64,000 nt of DNA. It comes from Alphaproteobacteria bacterium (lineage in GTDB: Bacteria; Pseudomonadota; Alphaproteobacteria; Bin95). The position numbers and the translations under genes were made by a program. The notes under the pieces were generated by a model. That model worked only from the letters and a program-made list of their open reading frames with translations, ran no database searches and was not told the origin of the DNA. Positions 1-10,706 of the stretch are shown piece by piece. Location: NCBI GenBank assembly GCA_965205265.1, contig CBDBGH010000003.1:2944001-3008000 (forward strand), read 5' to 3'. Within the stretch, counting starts at the first letter, position 1. Every line of letters begins with the position of its first letter.

Positions 1-7
1 CGGACGG

Positions 8-439
8 GTGCGCGAGGAAACGCTGGCGGCGCGCGAGCGCGGCGTCATCTTCGACATCGGCCACGGCAAGGGCTCTTTCGGCTTCGGCACCGGGCGCGCC
101 ATGCTGGCCGCGGGGTTCATGCCGGACTGCATCTCGAGCGACGTGCACACGCTTTCCATCGGCGGCCCCGCCTACGACCTGCTGGTCACCATGTCCAAGT
201 TCCTCTGCCTCGGCATGCCGCTCATCGAGGTGCTGCGCGCGGCGACGAGCGCGCCCGCGGCGGCGCTCAGGCGGCCCGGTCTCGGCAGCCTGGAGCCGGG
301 CGTGGCGGCCGATGCCTCCGTGCTGGAGCTGCGCGCCGGGCGCTTCGATTATGAGGACGCCGACGGTGTCGTGCTCGGCGGCAAGGAACGCCTGTTCCCC
401 GCCGGAATGGTGATCGGCGGGCATTGGTGGGAAGACTGA
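8..439 (+). CDS. Amidohydrolase/deacetylase-family metallohydrolase (dihydroorotase-like), C-terminal part; truncated at window start
   Basis: Motifs FDIGHGKGSF, PDCISSDVH, T-x-APAAAL and GSLEPGVAADASVL typical of this amidohydrolase subfamily. Confidence 0.75.
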   Translation: MREETLAARERGVIFDIGHGKGSFGFGTGRAMLAAGFMPDCISSDVHTLSIGGPAYDLLVTMSKFLCLGMPLIEVLRAATSAPAAALRRPGLGSLEPGVAADASVLELRAGRFDYEDADGVVLGGKERLFPAGMVIGGHWWED

Positions 440-446
440 ATAGATA

Positions 447-475
447 TTGACTATGGTTTCAGACCATAGTAAGTT
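447..475 (+). promoter_or_regulatory. Sigma70-like promoter with a palindromic operator in the spacer (probable TA autorepression site)
   Basis: TTGACT (447-452), 17-nt spacer, TAAGTT (470-475); perfect inverted repeat ACTATGGT-N5-ACCATAGT at 450-470. Confidence 0.6.
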
Positions 476-509
476 TGCGGAAATCGGGCTTGCAGGGAAG
501 GACGGGGCC

Positions 510-1049
510 ATGACGCGTCGGGGCGGCCGTTACACGGTGAAGGACCTGGCGGCGGCTCTGGATGCCGAGCCGGCTGTGGTGCGGCGGCATTTGCGCTCGC
601 TCGGCGTCCATGGCGGCGCCGCCTGGCGCCATGAGTGGGAGGCCGGCCGTTACAACCGTTTGCTGGAGGTCGTCGGGCGGCGAATCGCCGAGGGCGTTCC
701 GGCAGGCAGCATTGCATACGAAACCGGGCTTGGCCGGGATGAGGCGCACGGGGAATTGCAGGAAGCGCCTGCGGTATTCGCGGGGCTGGAGACGCCGGAG
801 GCGCCGGCATCTCCGGAGGGGATGGAGGAAATGCAGATATCCCTCTTCAAGGCCAAATGCCTTGCGGTGCTCGAACGGGTGGGGAAGACCGGCAAGCCCG
901 TTCTGGTGACGCGGTTCGGCCAGCCGGTGGCGCAGATCGTGCCGCCGCCTTCCGGCGACTGGCTGGGCGCCATGGCCGGCACGGGGCAGATCCTGGGCGA
1001 CCTCACGGCGCCTGTGGCGGACCCGGAGGAATGGGAGGCGCTGGGCTAG
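510..1049 (+). CDS. Phd/YefM-family antitoxin with an N-terminal HTH-like extension (alternative start at 822)
   Basis: C-terminal part ISLFKAKCLAVLERVGKTGKPVLVTRFGQPVAQIVP is a Phd-type motif; lies directly upstream of a PIN toxin; second RBS and ATG at 822. Confidence 0.75.
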   Translation: MTRRGGRYTVKDLAAALDAEPAVVRRHLRSLGVHGGAAWRHEWEAGRYNRLLEVVGRRIAEGVPAGSIAYETGLGRDEAHGELQEAPAVFAGLETPEAPASPEGMEEMQISLFKAKCLAVLERVGKTGKPVLVTRFGQPVAQIVPPPSGDWLGAMAGTGQILGDLTAPVADPEEWEALG

Positions 1050-1055
1050 ACGGCG

Positions 1056-1445
1056 GTGCTGCTGGATACGCATATCTGGCTCTGGGCGCTGCTCGACCCC
1101 GCCCGGCTCTCCCGCGCCGTGCGCGCCCTGCTCGCCTCGCCGGCGGAGACGCTCAGGCTCTCCCCGATCAGCGTGTGGGAGGCCATGATGCTGGCGGAGC
1201 GCGGCAGGATTGCGCTCGAGCCGGACCCGCGAAGCTGGCTGGACAGGGCCCTGGCGACAGCCCCCGTCACCGAGGCGCCGCTCACCTTCGAGGTGGCCAT
1301 GGCCAGCCGCAGCATCGCCCTTGAGCACCGGGACCCCGCGGACCGCTTCATCGCCGCGAGCGCACTGGTCTTCGACCTGACACTGGTGACGGCCGATGCG
1401 CGGCTGCTCGACTGTCCGGATATCGAGGTGCTGCCCAACCGCTGA
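1056..1445 (+). CDS. vapC: VapC PIN-domain toxin
   Basis: LLDTHIWLW, SPISVWE, HRDPADRFI and LVTAD PIN motifs. Confidence 0.9.
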   Translation: MLLDTHIWLWALLDPARLSRAVRALLASPAETLRLSPISVWEAMMLAERGRIALEPDPRSWLDRALATAPVTEAPLTFEVAMASRSIALEHRDPADRFIAASALVFDLTLVTADARLLDCPDIEVLPNR

Positions 1446-1465
1446 GGCCGGCAGGGCCGGTTCCC

Positions 1466-2134
1466 CTAACCTTTCCCGGCCCCCGCGCCGAGATAGCGGG
1501 CGAGCGCGACGGCGAGCGCGGCGCCGACGAACTGGGCGAGGATGAAGGCGGGCGCATCCTCCGGCCGGATGCCGGAGAAGGTGTCTGTGAAGGCGCGCGC
1601 CACCGTCACCGCCGGGTTGGCGAAGGAAGTGGACGCCGTGAACCAGTAGCCGGCGGTGATGTAGAGCCCGACCGCCCAGGCCACGGCCTCCGATTTCGCC
1701 TTCAGGCAGAGCAGGATGGTGAACACCAGACCGAAGGCCGCTATCCCCTCCGAGAAGGCCTGCGCGAAGCCCGACCGCTCCTTGCCCGATGCGAAGAACA
1801 GCTCCGGCTGCTCGAACATGATGTGCGCGACCGCCACGCCCAGCAGGCCGCCCGCCACCTGCACGAGAATGTAGAGCGCCGCATCGCCCGGCCCGATCTC
1901 GCGCCGCATCAGGAAGGCGGCCGTCACCGCCGGGTTGAAATGCGCGCCCGAGACCGGGCCCAGGATCAGGATCAGCACCACGAGGATGGCGCCCGTCGCG
2001 ATGGTGTTGCCGAGCAGCGCGATGGCCACATTTCCGCCGGCGAGCGTCTCGCCCATGATGCCGGAGCCCACCACCACGGCAAGTAGCATGGCGGTACCTG
2101 CGAATTCCGCAGTCAGTCGTCGGGAAAGGGTCAT
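1466..2134 (-). CDS. MIP/aquaporin-family channel (AqpS-like)
   Basis: Two NPA boxes ([18 protein letters not shown]) and hydrophobic helices; start overlaps the pgk stop. Confidence 0.9.
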   Translation of the reverse strand: MTLSRRLTAEFAGTAMLLAVVVGSGIMGETLAGGNVAIALLGNTIATGAILVVLILILGPVSGAHFNPAVTAAFLMRREIGPGDAALYILVQVAGGLLGVAVAHIMFEQPELFFASGKERSGFAQAFSEGIAAFGLVFTILLCLKAKSEAVAWAVGLYITAGYWFTASTSFANPAVTVARAFTDTFSGIRPEDAPAFILAQFVGAALAVALARYLGAGAGKG

Positions 2135-3306
2135 GCCGCGGCCTCCAGCGCCGCCACGCCGGGCAGCACCCGGCCTTCCAGCCATTCGAGGAACGCTCCG
2201 CCCGCGGTCGAGACGTAGCCGAACCGTTCGACCACGCCGGCCTGAGCGAGCGCGGCCACCGTGTCGCCGCCGCCCGCGACGGTCAGCAGGCCCTTCATGC
2301 CGGCAGCGGCCTGCGCCACCTCATTGGTGCCCCGGTCGAAGGGCGGCACCTCGAATGCGCCGAGCGGGCCGTTCCAGACCAGCGAGCGCAGCAGCTCCAG
2401 CCGGTCGATCAGGCCGGCGGCGCTCTCCGGGCCGATATCGAGGATCATGGCGTCGGGCGGCACCTCGTCCACCGTCACGACCTCTGCCGGCGCGCCGGCT
2501 TCGAGCGCGGGCGCCACGACCGCGTCCTCAGGCAGCACCACCGTGCAGCCGCACCGTTCCGCGTCGTCGAGGACGTGCCGCGCCATCTCCGCCATGTCGC
2601 GCTCGCAAAGGCTCCTGCCGACCTCGTATCCCTGGGCGTGGAGAAAGGTGTTCGCCATGCCGCCGCCGATGGCAAGCATATCGACCCGGGCAACCAGGTT
2701 GCCGAGCAGGTTGAGCTTGGTCGAGACCTTGGCGCCGCCGACGATCGCCCCCGACGGACGCTCGGGCGCATCGAGCGCCGCCTCCAGCGCCTCCAGCTCC
2801 TGCTGCATCAGTCGCCCCGCCGCGGCCGGAAGCAGCCGCGCCAGCGCCTCGGTGGAGGCGTGCGCCCGGTGCGCAGCGGAGAAGGCATCGTTCACATAGG
2901 CGTCGCCGAGCGCGGCCAGCCGGGCGGCGTAGTCCGGGTCGTTGGCCTCTTCGCCGGGGTCGAAGCGCAGGTTCTCCAGCAGCGCCACCCCGCCCGCCGG
3001 CAGGCCGGCGATTACCGCAGCCGGGTCCTCCGCCGCAAAGGCGACCGGCGCTTCCAGCGCATCGGCCAGCGCCGCCGCCACCGGGCGCAGCGAAAGCTCG
3101 GGCGCAGGCCTGCCCTTCGGCCTTCCGAGATGCGAGAGCACGACGACGCGCGCGCCCTGCCCCGCGAGTTCGCGGATCGTCGGCAGCGTCCGTTCGATGC
3201 GCGTGGCGTCGCCCACCCGGCCGTCGCGCATGGGCACGTTGAGGTCGGCGCGCAGCAGCACGGTCAGCCCGGCCGCGTCGAGCCCGTCCAGCGTCGGCAC
3301 CGCCAT
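2131..3306 (-). CDS. pgk: Phosphoglycerate kinase
   Basis: [43 protein letters not shown] and [13 protein letters not shown] motifs. Confidence 0.97.
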   Translation of the reverse strand: MAVPTLDGLDAAGLTVLLRADLNVPMRDGRVGDATRIERTLPTIRELAGQGARVVVLSHLGRPKGRPAPELSLRPVAAALADALEAPVAFAAEDPAAVIAGLPAGGVALLENLRFDPGEEANDPDYAARLAALGDAYVNDAFSAAHRAHASTEALARLLPAAAGRLMQQELEALEAALDAPERPSGAIVGGAKVSTKLNLLGNLVARVDMLAIGGGMANTFLHAQGYEVGRSLCERDMAEMARHVLDDAERCGCTVVLPEDAVVAPALEAGAPAEVVTVDEVPPDAMILDIGPESAAGLIDRLELLRSLVWNGPLGAFEVPPFDRGTNEVAQAAAGMKGLLTVAGGGDTVAALAQAGVVERFGYVSTAGGAFLEWLEGRVLPGVAALEAAA

Positions 3307-4055
3307 CAGTTGTTGCCGACCGCGCCGCCCAGCGCGTCCCCGATCTCGTCATGCACGGTGAGGTCCGCGAAGCGGTCTAGGTCGGTCGGCTCGCGGTTGA
3401 CGATGGCGAGGAAGGCGCCGTTGCGCTTCGCCGCGACGGGGAAGCCGGCCGCCGGATAGACCACCAGCGAGGAGCCGCAGACGATGAACAGGTCGGCGGC
3501 CATCGTCTCGAGCTCGGCCCGGCGCATGGCGTCTTCCGGCATGGCCTGGCCGAAGGAGATCGTCGCCGTCTTCACCATGCCGCCGCAGGAGCCGCAGACC
3601 GGCAGCGTCTCGTCCTTGCGGAACGCCGCCAGAATGTCGTCCAGCTCGTAGCGCAGTTTGCAATCGAGGCAGGCGGCATAGGTCGAGTTGCCGTGAAGCT
3701 CGATAACCTTGTCGTCCGGCACGCCGGATGCCTGGTGCAGACCGTCGATATTCTGCGTGATGACGGCCGCGACGATGCGGCGCTCGACCAGCGCCGCCAC
3801 GGCCCGGTGGCCCCGGTTCGGCTGCGCGTTCGCCATCGTCTTGTCGGTCTCGATCTTGCGCCGCCAGGTCTCGCGCCGCATCTCCTCGGAGGAGACGAAG
3901 TCGTCGAACATGATCGGCTTGTAGCGGTCCCAGACGCCGCCGGGGCTGCGGAAATCCGGAATGCCGGACTCGGTGCTGATGCCCGCGCCCGTGAACACCA
4001 CCGCGCGCCGCGCCTTGCCGATCGCCTCCCTCAGCCGTTCGATGCCGTCCGTCAT
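3306..4055 (-). CDS. cobB: NAD-dependent protein deacylase, Sir2 family
   Basis: [26 protein letters not shown], two CxxC pairs and [10 protein letters not shown]. Confidence 0.9.
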   Translation of the reverse strand: MTDGIERLREAIGKARRAVVFTGAGISTESGIPDFRSPGGVWDRYKPIMFDDFVSSEEMRRETWRRKIETDKTMANAQPNRGHRAVAALVERRIVAAVITQNIDGLHQASGVPDDKVIELHGNSTYAACLDCKLRYELDDILAAFRKDETLPVCGSCGGMVKTATISFGQAMPEDAMRRAELETMAADLFIVCGSSLVVYPAAGFPVAAKRNGAFLAIVNREPTDLDRFADLTVHDEIGDALGGAVGNN

Positions 4056-4092
4056 CGCCGCCTCCGCCCTCTGTTCGCCGCCCAGTCTTAGG

Positions 4093-5001
4093 TCACGCCA
4101 GGGCATAGCGCGAGTCGGGGCCCGGCGGATCGTCGCCGCAGGCCGCGCGCCCGTCCTCGACCATATGCAGCAGATGCGAGAGCACGGAGCGCCCGGCGGC
4201 GCGGTGCAGGCCCGGATCGACATCGGTGTAGATGCGCCGGACCATCTCCGGAATCGCCGCCACGCCGGCTTCGAGGCAGGCCAGGATTTCCCGCTCGCGC
4301 TCCTGCCTGTGCGCGATGAAGGCGTCGACGAACGGCCCCGGCTCGGCGATCGGCGGGCCGTGCCCCGGCCACCAGGGGGTTTCCGTGCGCGCCCGCACCT
4401 TGCCGAGGCTCGCCATGTAGTGGGCCATGTCGCCGTCCGGCGGCGAGACGATGGAGGTGGACCAGCCCATCACATGGTCGCCGCTGAACAGCGAGCCTTC
4501 CTCAGTGAGCGCGAAGCAGAGATGGTTGGAGATATGCCCCGGCGTGAACAGGGCCTCCAGGGTCCAGCCCTTGCCCTCGATGCGCCCGCCGTCGGGCAGG
4601 CGGATGTCGGGGTTGAAGTTCGTGTCGCCGCCCTCGGGCGAGTCGAAAGGCCAGTTGCGCCGGGCGCCGATGCCGTGCGGGCCGTAGCCGCAAAGCGGCG
4701 CGCCGGTCGCCGACTTGAGCGCGGCGCAGCCGGGCGAGTGGTCGCGGTGGGTGTGGGTCGCGACGATATGGGTCACGGTCTCGCCGCTGAGCGCCTCCAG
4801 GATCGCCTGCGTATGGGCGGCGTCCTCCGGCCCGGGGTCGATCACCGCCACCTCGCCGCGTCCAACGATATAGGTGTTCGTGCCCTTGAAGGTGAACAGG
4901 CTCGGATTGGCGCTGGTGATGCGCCGCACCAGCGGCGTCAGCTCATAGACGCGCTCCGGCTCGATATCGAAGTCCCGGTAGAACGGAATCGGCGCGGCCA
5001 T
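4093..5001 (-). CDS. MBL-fold metallo-hydrolase (LACTB2-like)
   Basis: THTHRDH, TPGH, LFSGDH and PGHG motifs. Confidence 0.9.
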   Translation of the reverse strand: MAAPIPFYRDFDIEPERVYELTPLVRRITSANPSLFTFKGTNTYIVGRGEVAVIDPGPEDAAHTQAILEALSGETVTHIVATHTHRDHSPGCAALKSATGAPLCGYGPHGIGARRNWPFDSPEGGDTNFNPDIRLPDGGRIEGKGWTLEALFTPGHISNHLCFALTEEGSLFSGDHVMGWSTSIVSPPDGDMAHYMASLGKVRARTETPWWPGHGPPIAEPGPFVDAFIAHRQEREREILACLEAGVAAIPEMVRRIYTDVDPGLHRAAGRSVLSHLLHMVEDGRAACGDDPPGPDSRYALA

Positions 5002-5070
5002 GGCTTTCTCGTCGGGGTTACGGTCGCGCACCGGATTGATGGTCCGCTGGCCTGCTGCTATCAATTGTGC

Positions 5071-5739
5071 ATGCGCCGGTCAACGCGGATCGCCCCGTCG
5101 ATACTCTCCGCCGACTTCGCGGAACTCGGGGCCGCCGTGGACGCTCTGGCTGCGGCCGGGGCCGACTATATTCATATCGATGTCATGGACGGCCATTTCG
5201 TCCCCAACCTCACCATCGGCCCGGCGGTGGTGAAAGCGCTCCGCAAGCGCACCGACCGGATTTTCGACACGCACCTGATGATCTCGCCGCTCGACCCGCT
5301 GCTGCCCGAATTCCTCGACGCGGGGGCAGACATCGTGACCGTCCATGCCGAGGCGGGGCCGCATCTCCACCGGAGCGTCCAGCGGATCAGGGAGGCGGGC
5401 CGTCGGGCGGGCGTGGCGCTCAATCCCGGCACGCCGGCCAGCGCCGTCGATGCCGTGCTCGGCGATATCGACCTCGTGCTGGCGATGACGGTCGATCCGG
5501 GTTTCGGCGGCCAGAGCTTCCTGTCGGCCCAATGCGCCAAGATCGCCCAGCTGCGCGCCCGCATCGACGAGTCGGGCCGGGAGATCGACCTGGAGGTGGA
5601 CGGCGGCATCACGGACGAGACGGCGGCGCAAGTGCGGGCCGCCGGCGCCGATGTGCTGGTCGCGGGCAGCTTCGTCTTCGCCGACGGCCTCAAGGGCTGC
5701 GCCGGGCGCATCCGCCGGTTGCGCGAGGCCGCGCCTTGA
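5071..5739 (+). CDS. rpe: Ribulose-phosphate 3-epimerase
   Basis: [27 protein letters not shown] and EVDGGI motifs. Confidence 0.96.
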   Translation: MRRSTRIAPSILSADFAELGAAVDALAAAGADYIHIDVMDGHFVPNLTIGPAVVKALRKRTDRIFDTHLMISPLDPLLPEFLDAGADIVTVHAEAGPHLHRSVQRIREAGRRAGVALNPGTPASAVDAVLGDIDLVLAMTVDPGFGGQSFLSAQCAKIAQLRARIDESGREIDLEVDGGITDETAAQVRAAGADVLVAGSFVFADGLKGCAGRIRRLREAAP

Positions 5740-7304
5740 TCGGCCTGCCCGGCCGCCTGGCGGCGCGGCGCCTCTTTCCTGCGGGGCTTTCAAGACGGGC
5801 CGGCGGCGGCGCGCGCAGCCTCGCAAACGCGCCGCGCGACCTCTGGCCCGGCGTCTCGGACCGGGGGGCGGCGCTGCTGAACGACGGCGGACGGCAGGCG
5901 GCGGCGCTGGAAGCCCGGCCGGAGGACAATACCGCGCTGCTGCTGCACCGCTTCGACTGGCTGCGCCATCTGCGCGCCATCGGCGGCGACCAGGGCCGGC
6001 GCGAAGCGCGGCGGCTGGTGCTGCTCTGGCTCGAGGCGCACGGCTCGGGCCGCGGCGAGGTCTGGCGCGCAGACATCGCCGGCGCGCGGCTCTATTCCTG
6101 GCTCGGCAGTTTTGAGTTCTTCGCCGCAAGCGCGGGAGAGCTTTTCCGCGCCCGCGTCATCGAGAGCATAGGCATGCACGCCCGGCAGCTTGCGCGCGGC
6201 ATCGAAACGGCCCCGGAGGGCGCGCCGCGCCTCGCCGCGCTCGCGGGCGCGCTTGCCGCCGCCATCGCCTTCGGGCAGCAGCCGGGGACGCTGTTGCGCC
6301 GGATCGAGCGCACGCTCGACGAGCAGTTCTTCGCCGACGGCTTCCACCGCTCGCGCAACCCGGTGGCGCAATTGTCGGCGCTGCGCCGGCTGATCGAGGT
6401 CCAGGGCCTCTTGCGCGCGGCCGGCATTGCGCCCCCGGAACGCCTGGCCGAGACCATCCGCGACGCCGGACCGCCGCTCACCTTCTTCCGCCACGGAGAC
6501 AAGCGGCTCGCCTGCTTCCATGGCGGGCACGAGTCGGAGAGCGAACTAGTCGATCTGGCGCTGGCCCGGGTTGACCGCCATGCGCGCCCACCGACGCGCA
6601 GCATCGAGGCGGGCTTCGACCGGCTCCAGGCGGGGCGCACGCTGGTGCTGGTGGACAGCGGCCTGCCGACGGCCAAGGGTTTCGACCGGGGCGGCCATTC
6701 GAGCCCGCTTGCGATGGAATTCAGCGACGGGCCCCGGCGCATCGTGGTCAATTGCGGCGCGCCGGCCGACGGCTCCGAGCCGTGGAACGAGCTCGCGCGC
6801 GCCACCGCCGCCCATTCCACGCTGACGGTGAACGACGTGCATGCCGTCGAGATCGACGAGGGCGGCGGCGTGCGCGCGGGCGGCCTCCATGTCGAGGCGC
6901 GGCGCACGGAGGCCGAAGGCGGCTTCTGGCTCGACCTCAGCCATGACGGCTATGCCGCGCCCTTCGGCCTCATCCATCGCCGCCGGCTCTATCTCACGCG
7001 CCAGGGCGGCGACCTGCGCGGCGAGGATCTGCTGGAAGGCGGCGCCGGCTGGCCCTTCAGCCTGCGCTTCCACCTCCACCCCGACGTGGAGGCGAAGCTG
7101 GAAGCGGGCGCGGTGCAACTGACGCTGCCGAACGGCCAGCAATGGAGCTTCCGCGCCTCCGGCGGCCGGATCGGCCTCGCCAGCAGCATCTATCTCGGCG
7201 AAGGCCGCCCCCGAAACACCGACGCCATCCTCATCGAAGGCCGCACGGACGCGGACGGGGCGGCGGTGAAATGGGCGTTCCGGGCGGCGGGGCGCGGGGG
7301 GTAG
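5736..7304 (+). CDS. Heparinase II/III-family protein
   Basis: [41 protein letters not shown] and FSLRFHLHP; usual neighbour of rpe in alphaproteobacteria; start approximate. Confidence 0.8.
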   Translation: MIGLPGRLAARRLFPAGLSRRAGGGARSLANAPRDLWPGVSDRGAALLNDGGRQAAALEARPEDNTALLLHRFDWLRHLRAIGGDQGRREARRLVLLWLEAHGSGRGEVWRADIAGARLYSWLGSFEFFAASAGELFRARVIESIGMHARQLARGIETAPEGAPRLAALAGALAAAIAFGQQPGTLLRRIERTLDEQFFADGFHRSRNPVAQLSALRRLIEVQGLLRAAGIAPPERLAETIRDAGPPLTFFRHGDKRLACFHGGHESESELVDLALARVDRHARPPTRSIEAGFDRLQAGRTLVLVDSGLPTAKGFDRGGHSSPLAMEFSDGPRRIVVNCGAPADGSEPWNELARATAAHSTLTVNDVHAVEIDEGGGVRAGGLHVEARRTEAEGGFWLDLSHDGYAAPFGLIHRRRLYLTRQGGDLRGEDLLEGGAGWPFSLRFHLHPDVEAKLEAGAVQLTLPNGQQWSFRASGGRIGLASSIYLGEGRPRNTDAILIEGRTDADGAAVKWAFRAAGRGG

Positions 7305-7333
7305 AGAGACGTGAACGAAACGGGAGGCGCGCC

Positions 7334-7555
7334 GTGAACAGGCAACTGACCGCCATCGTCGAACGGGAAGGCGACGGCTATGTCGCCCTCTGTCCGGAAA
7401 TGGATATCGCGAGCCAGGGCGACACCGTAGCCGAAGCCCGCGACAACCTCGCCGAAGCGCTGGCGCTGTTCTTCGAGACCGCGCCGGAAGAGGAAGTCTC
7501 GCGGCGGCTCAAGAGCGAAGTTTACGTGACCCAGGTCGAGGTGGCCGTTGGCTAG
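7334..7555 (+). CDS. hicB: HicB-family antitoxin (short form)
   Basis: IVEREGDGYVALCPEMDIASQGDTVAEARDNLAEAL; RBS GGGAGG before GTG. Confidence 0.85.
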   Translation: MNRQLTAIVEREGDGYVALCPEMDIASQGDTVAEARDNLAEALALFFETAPEEEVSRRLKSEVYVTQVEVAVG

Positions 7556-7766
7556 GCTGCGCATTCTGTCTGGCCGGGAGGCTTGCCGTATCCTGTCGGC
7601 ACACGGTTTCGAAGAGGTAAGGAGGCGCGGCAGCCACGTCGTGATGCAAAAGGCGGACCCGGATGGAACAACCACAGTCCCGGTCCCGGATCACGCAGAA
7701 CTGCGAATCGGCACATTGATGTCGATCATTCGCCAGTCCGGCGTGCCCCGTTCGGAATTCGAATAG
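7548..7766 (+). CDS. hicA: HicA-family mRNA interferase toxin
   Basis: GFEEVRRRGSHVVM, VPVPDH and GTLMSIIRQ motifs; overlaps hicB. Confidence 0.88.
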   Translation: MARLRILSGREACRILSAHGFEEVRRRGSHVVMQKADPDGTTTVPVPDHAELRIGTLMSIIRQSGVPRSEFE

Positions 7767-7864
7767 AACAGCCAAGGCAGGGCTCGTTGCTCTACCGATA
7801 TCGTTCAGGCTGAGTGCCGGGGCGCTGCCGCGAGCGGCATGGAGAGCGTTCCGCCCGAACCTTG

Positions 7865-8603
7865 TCAGTGCGCGTGTCTCTCGTGGCGCCAGGACAGGAT
7901 TTCGGAGGTTGTCACGGGTTTCTGCTTCGCCCGTTCCCGGCGGAGGTCGGCGCAGAAGCGGCCGAGGCGCATGCGCTTCGATTCGGCGAAGGCGGCGGGG
8001 GCGAGATCGCAGAGGCTGAGGAGCTTTTCCCACGCCATGTCCTCGATCTCCGCCTTCGGGCCGGTTTCGTGGACGAGGCCGAGGCTCCGGCCCTCCTCGG
8101 CGTGGATGAGCCGGCCGGTATAGATCAGGTCCGAGGCGGCGAAATCGCCGGCGACGAAGCGCAGCAATTGGTCGCCGTAGTAAGGGTTGGGCACGCCCAG
8201 CAGGATTTCCGGCTTGCCGATGAGCACGCGGCCCGCGGCGGCGTAGCGGTAGTCGCAGGCGAGGAACATGGCGAGCCCCGCGCCGATCGCATGGCCCCGG
8301 ATCGCGCCCACCACAGGCGCCGGCGCTTCCAGCAGCGCCAGGATGAGCCGGCCCAACTCCTGGAACATCTCGCGGATCGACTCGCGCGGCTCTCCCAGCG
8401 CCCAGTCGAGATCGACGCCGTTCGAAAAGAACCTCCCGCCGCCCGCCAGCAAGGTGCCGCGGGCGCCCTGCCCGGCTTCCTCCACCGCGTCCGCAGGCTC
8501 GCGGATGAACGATGTCGTGAGCGCATTGGCTTCGCCCCGGGCAAGACGGATGCAGACGCAGCCGTCGCGGCGTTCAAGCGAAATGTCGGTCGAGGCGTAA
8601 TCC
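7865..8603 (-). pseudogene. Enoyl-CoA hydratase/isomerase-family gene, probably degenerate (no canonical start, atypical C-terminus)
   Basis: FFSNGVDL, GHAIGAG and KPEILLG crotonase motifs; homology-like frame extends to about 8603, where AGG sits in place of an expected ATG after GAGGG. Confidence 0.6.
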
Positions 8604-8609
8604 CTGCCC

Positions 8610-10031
8610 TCAGCCCGGCGCCCGCCGCTTCAGCCGCACCTTGAGCCCGGCGGGCAGCATGGTGAAGGCCAGATGCTCCTGGACCCGCTCGCGGGGCGTG
8701 ACCGGCTCAAGGTCGAAATTGCGGCAGAGCATGGCGAGCACCGTGCGGATTTCCAGCAGCGCCAGCGCCCGGCCGGGGCAAAGGCGCGGGCCGCCGCCGA
8801 AGGGCAGGAAGACGCGCCGGTCATGCGGGCTCGGGCGCGTTTCGGGCGGGGCGATCCAGCGTTCCGGATCGAAGCGTTCGCCGTCCGCGAAATGCTCATC
8901 GCGCGTCGCCGCATGGCGGAGCAGCATCATGATCGGCGTGCCCTTCGGGATCAGGCAGCCGAGCATCTCCGTGTCCTCCAGCGGCTCCGCCACATGCATC
9001 GGCGCCACGGGCTTGAGGCGCATCACCTCGTTGCAGAAGGCATCGAGGAAGGGCAGCCGGTTCGCCTGTTCCAGGTCCTCCATGGCCGCCGCCGGCGCCA
9101 GGACCGAATCGACCTCGTCCCGGGCGCGCCCGAACAGGTCCGGATGGAGCGTGAAATAGTGCATCGCCCAGGCGATGCTGTTCGCGGTCGTGTCCTCGCC
9201 GGCGAGCAGCAGGGTGCCGGCATTGGCGAAGATGTCCGCATCCGAGATGCCGGACCCCTCGTCCGCCGCCGCCGCCAGTATCGCCTCCAGGAAGTCGGCG
9301 GGTTCGCGGTCCGGGTCCGCCGCCATGCGCTCCCTGGCGGCGCGCACCATCCCGCCCACCTCGCGCCTTATGGCATCGAGCGCCCGGTCGAGCGCCCGGT
9401 CGGACGGCAGGCGGAACCAGCGCCAGTACATGAAGGGCGCGTTGGTGCGCCGGTGTAGCACCGGGAACACCTTGTCCAGATGGCGCTGGATCACGGGGCC
9501 GGGCGTCTCCAGCGTGTTGGCATCGACGCCGAAGGCAAGCTGCATGGTGACATCGACGGTGAAGCGCATGAGGTCGCTGCAGACATCCACCGGCTCGCCC
9601 CGGTCCGCCGCATCCTCCCAGCGGTGCTGCAGGCGCGCTGCGATCGCGGCGAGTTTCGGGAAGAAGTCCCCGAGCTTGTGGCGGTTGAGCGCGGCGGTGA
9701 CGATCCGGCGCTGGCGGCGCCAGTCCTCGCCCTCGGCGGCGAACACGCCTCTCAGCCCCATTTCCACCGCCACCGCCTCGAGCCGCCGCGTGCGCCGGAA
9801 ACCCTGCGGGCGCTGCACCAGGATGCGCTGGATGGCCGCGCTGTCCGACACCACGGCGATCGGGTGCGGCCCCATGTCGATCCGGAAGAGCGGCCCGTAA
9901 CGGTCCGCCCATTCCTCCAGCGTCAGGTGCAGCCGGTCGAAGCGGAGCCGGTGCAGCACGCCGATCAGGGGCAGGCCCCTGGGGCCGGGAAGGTCGTGAA
10001 GCCCGGTCAGGGCGCTGGCGGTCTCGGTCAT
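8610..10031 (-). CDS. Cytochrome P450
   Basis: AGEDTT I-helix, EVMR (ExxR), FDPERW and heme motif FGGGPRLCPG. Confidence 0.95.
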   Translation of the reverse strand: MTETASALTGLHDLPGPRGLPLIGVLHRLRFDRLHLTLEEWADRYGPLFRIDMGPHPIAVVSDSAAIQRILVQRPQGFRRTRRLEAVAVEMGLRGVFAAEGEDWRRQRRIVTAALNRHKLGDFFPKLAAIAARLQHRWEDAADRGEPVDVCSDLMRFTVDVTMQLAFGVDANTLETPGPVIQRHLDKVFPVLHRRTNAPFMYWRWFRLPSDRALDRALDAIRREVGGMVRAARERMAADPDREPADFLEAILAAAADEGSGISDADIFANAGTLLLAGEDTTANSIAWAMHYFTLHPDLFGRARDEVDSVLAPAAAMEDLEQANRLPFLDAFCNEVMRLKPVAPMHVAEPLEDTEMLGCLIPKGTPIMMLLRHAATRDEHFADGERFDPERWIAPPETRPSPHDRRVFLPFGGGPRLCPGRALALLEIRTVLAMLCRNFDLEPVTPRERVQEHLAFTMLPAGLKVRLKRRAPG

Positions 10032-10096
10032 GGCGCCATTCTACACCGCGCGAGCCCGCTGAACGGCGGCGCAGTATTATTTGAAAATATTATGAG

Positions 10097-10126
10097 GCAA
10101 AGAAGAAATCGGTATTTGTTCTTTGC
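10097..10126. promoter_or_regulatory. AT-rich palindrome, putative transcription-factor operator upstream of the P450
   Basis: GCAAAGAAGAAAT-cggt-ATTTGTTCTTTGC, 13-bp arms with 1 mismatch. Confidence 0.45.
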
Positions 10127-10353
10127 ATTGCGGCCCTGCGAGACTGCGGATGTCCGCTTCGGAAACCTTCCGCGCCGGGCGCTGGGACTCGAAAGAGACG
10201 GCACAGGCCGCAGAGACGAGAGATGAGTGTTCGGCAAAAGACGGCAGCTTGCGATGCAGGACGCAAACGGAGTGTCGAAGAGAGGCGCGGACAGCGCAGG
10301 ACTCCGGTTACGGAGGTCCCGGCCCGGACTCGGGCCAACATCCTCGACAGTCC

Positions 10354-10430
10354 CTGCCGGTAGCGGTTTCCTCCACCGCAACCGGCAGCGCAGCCGGCGG
10401 GGCCCCCAACCCGCCGGCTGCATCCTTTTC
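10354..10430 (+). ncRNA. Candidate SuhB/alpha-r8 (MmgR)-like small RNA
   Basis: Hairpin with TTTCCTCC anti-SD-like loop (10354-10388) followed by a terminator-like hairpin (10390-10421) and a T-run. Confidence 0.4.
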
Positions 10431-10442
10431 CGGCCGGGCTAG

Positions 10443-10706
10443 CCCGCATTTTTCACCGGGGTCACGGCCTGCGTCGCTGTCCAGACGTTCGATCCGCAAG
10501 GAGCGGGCCGAAAAGCGTAGCGCTGCCTACGGTTGAGGCCCGCGACGCCGCGGGCGGGCGCCTGGACGCGACCCGAAGGGCGGCGCTGTCGGGCCGGCAT
10601 GGTGCGTCGAGCCGCTTGCCCGATGCCCCGCATCGCGCGGCGCAGCTCTCCTGCCCTGCCGGCCCGACAGCGCCGCGCAGACCATGACCCCGGTGAAAAA
10701 TGCGGG
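10443..10706. mobile_element. 264-bp MITE-like element
   Basis: 31-bp terminal inverted repeats (CCCGCATTTTTCACCGGGGTCA..., 2 mismatches), CTAG on both flanks (10439-10442 and 10707-10710), no transposase. Confidence 0.75.
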
